A DNA stretch of 64,000 bases from Clostridia bacterium (GTDB lineage Bacteria > Bacillota > Clostridia > Christensenellales > UBA1242), in NCBI GenBank assembly GCA_017467585.1, contig JAFUSR010000004.1, positions 77,918 through 141,917 of the forward strand. Direction: 5' to 3'. Positions 15,001 to 24,000 of this stretch are shown here, one piece after another (position 1 is the stretch's first letter; each line of letters starts with the position of its first letter). The notes beneath the pieces were generated by a model. It saw nothing but the letters and a program-made list of their open reading frames with translations. It was not told where the DNA came from and did not search any database. A program made the translations under genes and the position numbers.

Positions 15001-18000
15001 CAACCTACACAATCAAATCTGGCAGCTTAACAATAAGCGGCATTAGATATACCGATTTAATTCTAACAGGTGGAGGAACAATATTTAAGAGAGTAGATAA
15101 TTCAACAACAATTTCTCCTGCTGTTTCTGGAGCAACCGCTCCAAGTAGAACTGGTTATGACTGGGGCAAGTTGAATGGCAATAACATTAACGTTAAATGG
15201 GCACTATCTAACACCAATGGCGGTTATCGTGGTGGTGGTGGAAACTGGGGCAGCAACGGAACAGGCGTAAATACAACAAGTGACGTATGCTTTGTTGGTC
15301 TTAACTATACCAACGATGCAACCGTAACAATGACTCCACAATGGACAGCCAAATCTTACACCCTCACATTCAACGCTAACAAGTCTAGCTATTCAAGCAT
15401 GAGCGGAACTCCAACTCAAACCGCAACAAGCGCAACAGTAACCTACGACGCAACCACTTCTCTCACAGGCGCATATAAGGCCAGCGTAACCGGTTGGACC
15501 TTCGGCGGATATTACACCGCAGCCACCGGCGGAACACTTGTGTTCGACAGCAATGGCTATGTTCAAGCATCAGTTTCTGGCTTCACCAACGCAAGCAAGG
15601 CATGGATTGGCACCGAAAACAAAACCGTCTATGCCCACTACACCGCCAACACTTACACAATCACACTTGCTCCAAACGGCGGACAAGTAACAGGCCTTTC
15701 AGCAACAAGCGGTTGCAGCGTTGCAACAGCTAACAGCAAACTCACACTGACCTACGACACAGAGGCCAAGTTTGCCATAACCATCGTTCGTGTTGGTTAT
15801 GCCTTCACCGGCTGGACACAAAGCGGAACAGCAGGCACATTCACAAGTGGAACATATAACTTAGGTAACGACAAACACTCATATGTTGGAACAACAACCG
15901 CTAAGAATTTGGCTGCAAGCGGAAACATTACCATAACCGCTGGCTGGTCAATCCGCAGCTATACACTCACACTCAACGCAAACGGCGGAACAGTTGGTGG
16001 AAACACATCAACAACCAAGAGCGTAACTTATGGTCAAACCTACACCGACCTTCCAACACCAAGCCGCACAGGTTACACATTCGGTGGCTGGTATTACGAC
16101 ATCAGCGGAGCAGCCGCAAATGTTGTGAACTATGGTAGAATTTATAACTACGAAGACAAACTCAGTGTTCACATGATAGTTTACGGAAGCGGAGCAGGTA
16201 GATTTATTTCTAGCACCGAAGGTGGCGGCTGGCAACTTACACCAGGCGGAGTTCAATATGCCTTCGATAAGGGAGTAGGCTATAAAACAACAACCTTCAA
16301 CAATTTCCCAACAACATCTTGGTTCACCCTTGACATGATTTTTGATGGAACAAACATCAAGTATTATCTCAATGGAGTTCTTAAAGCAACATCTGAAAAC
16401 TTCACCAGCGGAAAGATTGGCTATCAAGCAACCAACTCATTGTTTGTTGGTGGCGAGCCAGGCACAAGCGCAACTGTTCTTGACTCAAGTTCTGGCTATT
16501 GGAGTGGCTACATTGGAAACCTTGTGATTTCTAACAACACAACACTTATAACAAGCGCAAACAACTCAATCACAGCGCCTGCGCAAGACGCAACACTCAA
16601 AGCACGTTGGACTCCAAACACCTACACACTTTCATTCAATGTTAATGCTCCAAGTCACAAACTTCCAAACACTTCTGCAACACAAACCGCAGCAAGCAAA
16701 ACAGTAACTTACGACTCAACAAGCAACTTAACAACTGCTTACACCGCAAGCCTGACAGGCTTCACATTCGGCGGATATTACACCGCTGCAACTGGCGGAA
16801 CACAAGTGTTCACCGCAGCCGGCGCCGTAAACGCATCAGTTTCTGGCTTCACCAACGCAAGCAAGCAATGGATTGGCACAGAAAACAAGACAGTTTATGC
16901 CCACTGGACAGAAAACACTTATAACATCACCTTCGCAAATGTTTATAACGATTTCACAGTGAAAGTGGCTCGTTACGACGGCACCGGCGCAACCGAATAC
17001 ACCATCAACTCAAGCAACAAGACAATCAGCGGAATTAGATTCACTGATATTGTGGTTATTGGTAATCTTGTGGCAGTAAGCACACGAGTAGATAACACAA
17101 CTGCAATTAGCCCTGCAATTTCTAGCACGACTAACCCAAGCAGAACAGGTTACACATGGGGTATACCAGATAGTCAAAATTATAATTGCCCTGTATATGT
17201 TTCTGGAGCAACTGCAACAGGATATAAGATTGGCGCTTATGGTGAAAACAACTGGATGACAACTGCTGACTGGGGAACTGGTTATAACACAGTTGCCACA
17301 GGCTTTAGTGGTCTTAACCATAACAATTCTTCAACAGTTACATTAACTATTCTATGGACCCCAATCTCTTACACCCTCACCTTTAGCGGCAATGCGCCAT
17401 ATTCTGGTGCAACCGTAACTCAAACCCAAGCAAGCAGAACCGTAACCTACGACTCAAACAACAACCTCACCACAAACTATGTTGCAAGCTCAGCGGGTTA
17501 CACCTTCTTGGGTTACACAACAACTCAAAATGGCGACACATTGTTCACCAATTCTTCTGGTGCAGTTCAAAAATCTGTTAGCGGCTTCACAGACGCCAGC
17601 GGAAACTGGATTGGCACAGCGAGCAAAACAGTCTACGCTAAGTGGCAAGCCAACTCATATACTCTCACAATCAAGTTTATTGGCGCCGGCTTTGACGGCT
17701 CAACCAAGCCAACACTCGGCTTCTCGGCAACCTATGGCGGAACAAGCGCCGTTGCCGGAAACGTTACCGCTCCAAACGGGCAGGTAACTGTTGCCTCTGG
17801 CACAGCACTCACCGCATCAACAGCCACAACAACCGGAAAATTCAGCGCAACAACCTTGCAATATAACGGTTCGGCTGGCAGTGCAGACGGAACAAGCACA
17901 ATCACCGTAACAAAAACTCACGCATTCAGCGGAAACGTTGTTGTTACCATTTCTCTTGCGGGCTATTATGTTAAAATTGGCGGTGTTCCAACGGTTAGCG

Positions 18001-21000
18001 ACAGCGTTGGTTCAACTTCGTACACCTGGAACGCACAAGCAAACGCTTCAGTCAACGTTTATGCTTACAAGCGTTACACAATTTCTTACGCTGCAAACAG
18101 CGCAGTTGCTTCTAGTGGCTCGTTTGACCCAACATACAAAATCTATGGCACAGCCGCAACCCTCAAAACCAACAACTGGACGGCAACAGGCTACAGCCCA
18201 GCTGGCTGGACAATCGAAGACGGCGTTTTGGTTGATTCAACCGACCCAAGATTCCGTGCAAACGGCTATTCTTACACCACAAACGCAGACTTAGAACTTT
18301 ATGCAAACTGGAGCAACAAAACGTTCACTCTTCTGTTTATGCAAGACAACGACGATCAAAACAACGGCATTAAGCCAACAGGCATGAGTGGCGCAATAAC
18401 CAAGGGCACAACCAGCATGACGGTTACCTTTGCTGGCGCAGTTGGCGCAATCGCCAGCCTTCCAAGCGTAACGGGCTGGACATTCCAAGGCTATTACACG
18501 GGAACTCTCGGCGCAGGTGCAAAAGTGTTTGACGCAAACGGCACACCAGTGACAAACGCAGGCCAAGGTCAATATATCACCTCAGACGGAGACTGGAATT
18601 ATGCGCTTCCAGAAGGCGTAAACCAACTCAAACTCTACGCATATTATAAGGCAAATACATATTTTGCAGAATATGAAGATTTGTATAAGAACTTTTCACT
18701 TGGTTCATATCAAATAAATGGAGGCGGTTCATGGGCAACTAGCACAACAGGTGGAGTAAAAACCATGACCTTTACTGCAGCTGGTGCTTCTACAAATCAA
18801 TGGAGTGGTCCAGTTATATCAGGCTTTGGTTCACTTCTTACCGTTGGACAAAAATATAGACTTTCGTTCACTGCAAAAACAAGCAAGAATATGACAATCA
18901 CTAATGCTGGTTTCGAAGGCGGACAAGTTAGTGCTTATGGTTCTTGGTTCTCATTAAGTACCACAACCACAAATCAAGATTTCCACGTAGACTTCACTTA
19001 TACGGCTAGCAATAATGGATCTGCAAACTTGGTATTCTATTGCAACAGTTGGGTGGCTGGTGATACACTTACTATCACGAACATTAGACTTTCTAAGATT
19101 GTTGAATATGATTCAGTTTATGGCGACCTGTTCACCCCAAGCAAAACGGGTTACACCTTCCTCGGCTGGCAAAACATTCCGCTCGACTATCAACCAGTTG
19201 AGTACATTCAATCAACCGGCACACAATGGATTGACACCGGATTTGTTGACACAGTAAACACAAAAGTTGAAATCGACATGCAATTCACAGACCTCACTGT
19301 TCAACAACGCTTGTTTGGTCATGGCTATGATGAAGACACCGGAACTAACGTTTCATTTGAATCTTACATAAATGGTTCAGGACAGTTTGCTTGGGCAACT
19401 AAAGATGGTATTGGACAATGGCAAGCATCAACCATGGCAGCCGACACAAACAGACACTTGTTTATGTTGACTAACAATATTTATGCAATAACCACAAATG
19501 GCACAACAAATTACTTAGGTGCAAGTGGTACTCATGTTACAAGAGCAAACACAGACAAGTTGACATTATTGCATAGAATTGGATCAGGTTCAAATCATAA
19601 TGCAAAAGCTAAACTTTATGGCTGCAAGATATTCGACAACGGAACAATTGTTCGTGACTTCGTTCCTTGCTATCGCAAGAGCGATGGCGTTGTCGGATTA
19701 TACGACACCGTTAACGGCACATTCTACACCAACGCCGGCACTGGCACATTTGCTAAGGGCGCAGACAAGTATGTTACCAAAGACACAATTGTTTCGTCTC
19801 TTGCCAACCACACACTCTATGCCCGCTGGCAAATTAACACTTACACACTCACAAACAACGAGGGCTATTGGGTAACTTGCCACGACACAGACGCAACTCT
19901 TCGCGTTAAAACAAACGACAGTTCAAGTGCAACAGTTACAACCTATAACTCAAGCAATGTTGCTCAAGCAACTCAAACAGGCGCAGATGTTTCAGTGACA
20001 CTCAAGAAGGGCGAATACTTTAAGATTACTCACACATATAGCACAACAACAACGGTAACTTGGACAATCACAAGAACAAACACCAACAGAAACTATATGG
20101 TTTGGGCTTATGACGGCGGCTCTGCTGCGGACAATGCCCACAGCGGAACATGGACTCCAACAGCCAATGCAACTCGTGAGCACTACATTCGTGAATATGT
20201 TAACTTCACTGCTGTTGCAAAAACAGGAATTCAATCTGCAACAAGAAATGTCGCTTATGCCCCAATGGATGTAACCTGGAGTGGTTGGCTTCCAACCTTC
20301 ATTGCAACCGCAAAAACTGGCTATACCTTTAAAGGTTGGTACACAACTAGCGATGGTTCTGGCACAGCAGTAAGCACAAGCACAACTTATGCACTTACAA
20401 GAACTCCTGCAAACGACTTGACACTCTATGCCTTTGCAACTGCAAACACCTACACAGTGGCTTACCACAAGTGGAGCGACGACAGCAGCGCAACCGCTGT
20501 TGCAACCAGCACCCACACTTACGACACTGCTAAGGCGCTGACCACCTATGCCGCAATCAACGCGCTCAACAATAGCGCAAACGTGCTTAAAGTCACTGGC
20601 TACACCTTTGCCGGTTGGGCAGAGGTTGCTCACACAAGCACAAAGACTGGCACAGTTAAATATTCTGACGGTCAATCTGTCAACAATCTGATGGCCAGCG
20701 GAACAAAACACCTGTTCGCAACCTACACAGCCGACACATTCACAATTGCATTCAACGGCAACAAGCCAAGCGGCGCATCTAACAATGTTGGCGGCTCAAC
20801 AGCTAGCGTAACAGCAACTTACGACAGCACTCGCAGCTTAACCGCAAACGGCTTCACCCTCACAGGTTGGACATTTGCTGGCTGGGCAACAAGCGCTAGC
20901 GGCAGCGCAACCTATGGCAACAGCGCAACGCTCACAGCCGCTCAAGTTAACAGTCACTACGACTCAGTTGGCAAGGGAGGAACACTTACACTCTACGCTA

Positions 21001-24000
21001 AGTGGACTCAAAACACTTATTCTGTTAAATTCAACAGCAACTACCCAACTTGGGCAGTTGGAACAAGTGGTTCAATGGCTAACCAAAGCTTTACTTACGA
21101 CGCCGCAGCAAAAGCCCTCACTGCAAACGCATTTAAAGCTGCAAACGCAACCTTCACTGGTTGGGCAACATCTGCTAGTGGCAACGTTGTTTACTCTGAC
21201 AAACAAGCAGTTCAAAACCTTGCAACTAGCGGAACATTTAACCTCTATGCGCAATGGGCAGCAGCAACCTATAAGGTTGAATATAGCATGGGCAGCTGGA
21301 CTCGCCAAAACACTGGCACTCTTGCAACAGGCTATACCTATAGCTCAACAAACAACCAAGAACTTAATGTTGGCTATGCAGTTAGAGCAGGCTACACCTT
21401 TACTGGTTGGTCAATCGCTTGGAGCGACGCCGCAAACAACACCGGCGCAACTGGCGCAATTTCTAGCACATACGCTTCTGTTTCGGGAACTGCTGGCTCT
21501 AACAACACACTTGTTGTCAACAAGCAGACCTACGGAAACATTGTGCTTTCTCCAACCGGAAACGCAAACAGCTACACCGTTGTGTTCAACGGCAACAAGC
21601 CAAGCACCGCTTCTAACAACGTTGGCGGCACAATGGCTAACCAAAGCTTTACTTACGACCAGTCTCAGGCTCTCACAGCAAATGCATTTAGCCTCACTGG
21701 TTGGACATTCACTGGCTGGGCAAGAAGCGCTGCTGGTGCTAAAGAATTCAACAACGAGCAAACTGTTTCTAATCTCACAACAACAGCAAGCGGAACTGTT
21801 AACCTTTATGCTGTTTGGTCAGAAAACACTTACATCGTTGAGTTCTACACATGGAACGGCACAAAGGTTGCTCACCAAGGCTATTCTTATGAAGAAAGTA
21901 AGAACCTCGCAACCTACGCTGAAATCAACAACAAAACAACATCTGTTGTAACCATGGACGTAACCACAAGCAACGTTCTTGTTGTAACTGGCTACACCTT
22001 TGCTGGTTGGGCAACAACTGCTCACACAAGCGCAAAGACAGGCACGGTTGTTCACACCGACGGCAAGTCTGTTTCTAAGCTCACAGCAACCAACGGCGGA
22101 ACAATTAAGCTTTATGCTACTTACACCGCCGACACTTACACAATTGCATTCAACGGCAACAAGCCAAGCGGCGCATCTAGCAACGTTGGCGGCTCAACAG
22201 CAAGCGTAACTGCAACTTACGACAGCACTCGCAGCTTAACCGCAAACGGCTTCAGCCTCACCGGTTGGAGATTTGCTGGCTGGGCAACAAGCGCTAGTGG
22301 CAGCGTTGTTTATGCAAACGGCGCAACACTCACAGCCGCTCAAGTTAACAGCCACTATACTTCAGTGGGCAAGGGCGGAACACTTACTCTCTACGCTCGT
22401 TGGAACGCAAACACTTACACCGTTGCCTTCTACACATGGAACGGCACAAAGGTTGCTTCACAAGGCTTTGTTTACGACACAGCTAAAAACCTTGCAACCT
22501 TTAATCAAATCAACAGCAAGGATACATCTGTTGTAACCATGGAATCTGGAATTGGCAATAACTCACTTGTTGTTAATGGCTGGAAGTTTACTGGTTGGGC
22601 AACAACCGCTCACAACTCAACAAAGACAGGCACAGTTGTTCACACAAACGGCAAATCTGTTTCAACATTAACTTCAACCCACGGAGCAACAGTTAACCTC
22701 TATGCAACATACACACCAAACACTTACACAATCGTAAACGAGATTGTTGCTTCTGGTCTTGCTGCTAGCGACTTTGCCGTTAGCGGAATGAAACCAATTC
22801 TCTCTAGCGGTCAACTTAACAAAGTTACCGACGCTTCTAACGTTGATTATCGCAATATCAACAACCTTGCAGTAACCTTAAAGCACAACAACGGCAGCGG
22901 AAACATGGCAACAACCACAAACAGAACCGTTAAAACAGGTTACAAAGTGGGCTATGACCTTGCTTCAGCTTCTAGCAACCTTTATTACGACGGCAACAAC
23001 TCACTTGCTAAACTTGTTATGGTTTACACCGTTGCAGGAACAAGCAATCTTGCATGTGTTGAAATTTCTAGCAACAACCTTCCAGATGTTAATGCAGCCG
23101 ATGGCAGCAACATTTACTTCATTGTTTGCGCAACACTCAAACAATACACACTTTCAATGAACATCAAAGACAAAGCTGGCTCATCGAATGCTCCTACTGA
23201 TTCTTATAGCTACACACTGAAATCTTCAACATATTCAGATCTCTACACCAGAAACGCAGGTTCTAGCGTAACAAAAAGAACTCTTGCCGCAAACAACAAG
23301 TTCTATGCTGGCGAAGCTGTTGAAGTTACTCTTTCTGCAGCAACAAGCAGTGGCTATTACATTTATAACCAGGTTATCGAAAGAACCGGCTCTAGCGACA
23401 CAAACCCAACAACAAGAGCAACTGGTCCTGCCGCTTCTGCAAGCTTCACAACAAATTCAAGAACAACCAACTTCGAAATTTATGCTCAAATTGCTGTTGC
23501 AACACTTACAATCAATGTGACCGATTCAGACAATTCAAACGCATATAGCAAAGAATATGGTTGGAACGACACTGTTGCCTTCACCGGAACATGGAAGAAG
23601 GGTTCAACAAACGACACAACATTTGGAACATACTTTGCTGCTCGTGACAGCCAAGCTAAAATTGTTGCGGCACTCACCGGAACAATGATTATTGGCAAAG
23701 TTAGCGGAAGCAAGAACTATGCAACTGCCTACGCAACCGCTCGTGCTGCTTCTAACAACTTGTGGACAAGCTTGAACAACCTTCCAAGTGGAAAGGTTAG
23801 CGAAATCTTCAGCTTTATTGGAACAAAGGTTAATGGTGGAACGGCTTACACAGCCGCCAACGGCACAATTGTTATGAACCTAACTGCAACCTTCTATCAC
23901 AAGATTTCTCTTGCAATCACTTATAACGTTCAAAGAGATGTCGTAAGCAAAGATAACGTTGCAAACATCTATACACAAACACTTTATTCAACAACCGAAA

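Noticed and set aside
696-17360. Whether the hypervariable segments of the four-copy module could be targets of a diversity-generating retroelement.
   Set aside because: The window has no reverse transcriptase and no template repeat. The copies differ by wholesale sequence replacement and length change, not by adenine-specific substitutions.
20875-21951. A 358-aa + strand ORF, and dozens of other 60-160-aa ORFs on both strands inside 66-26588, for example 19992-20711 (-), 3727-4209 (+) and 5550-5981 (-).
   Set aside because: All lie inside the giant ORF in other frames. Their translations are low-complexity (Q/L/T/H- or C/V/S-rich) with no start context. They exist because the codon composition of the giant gene makes the alternative frames stop-poor.
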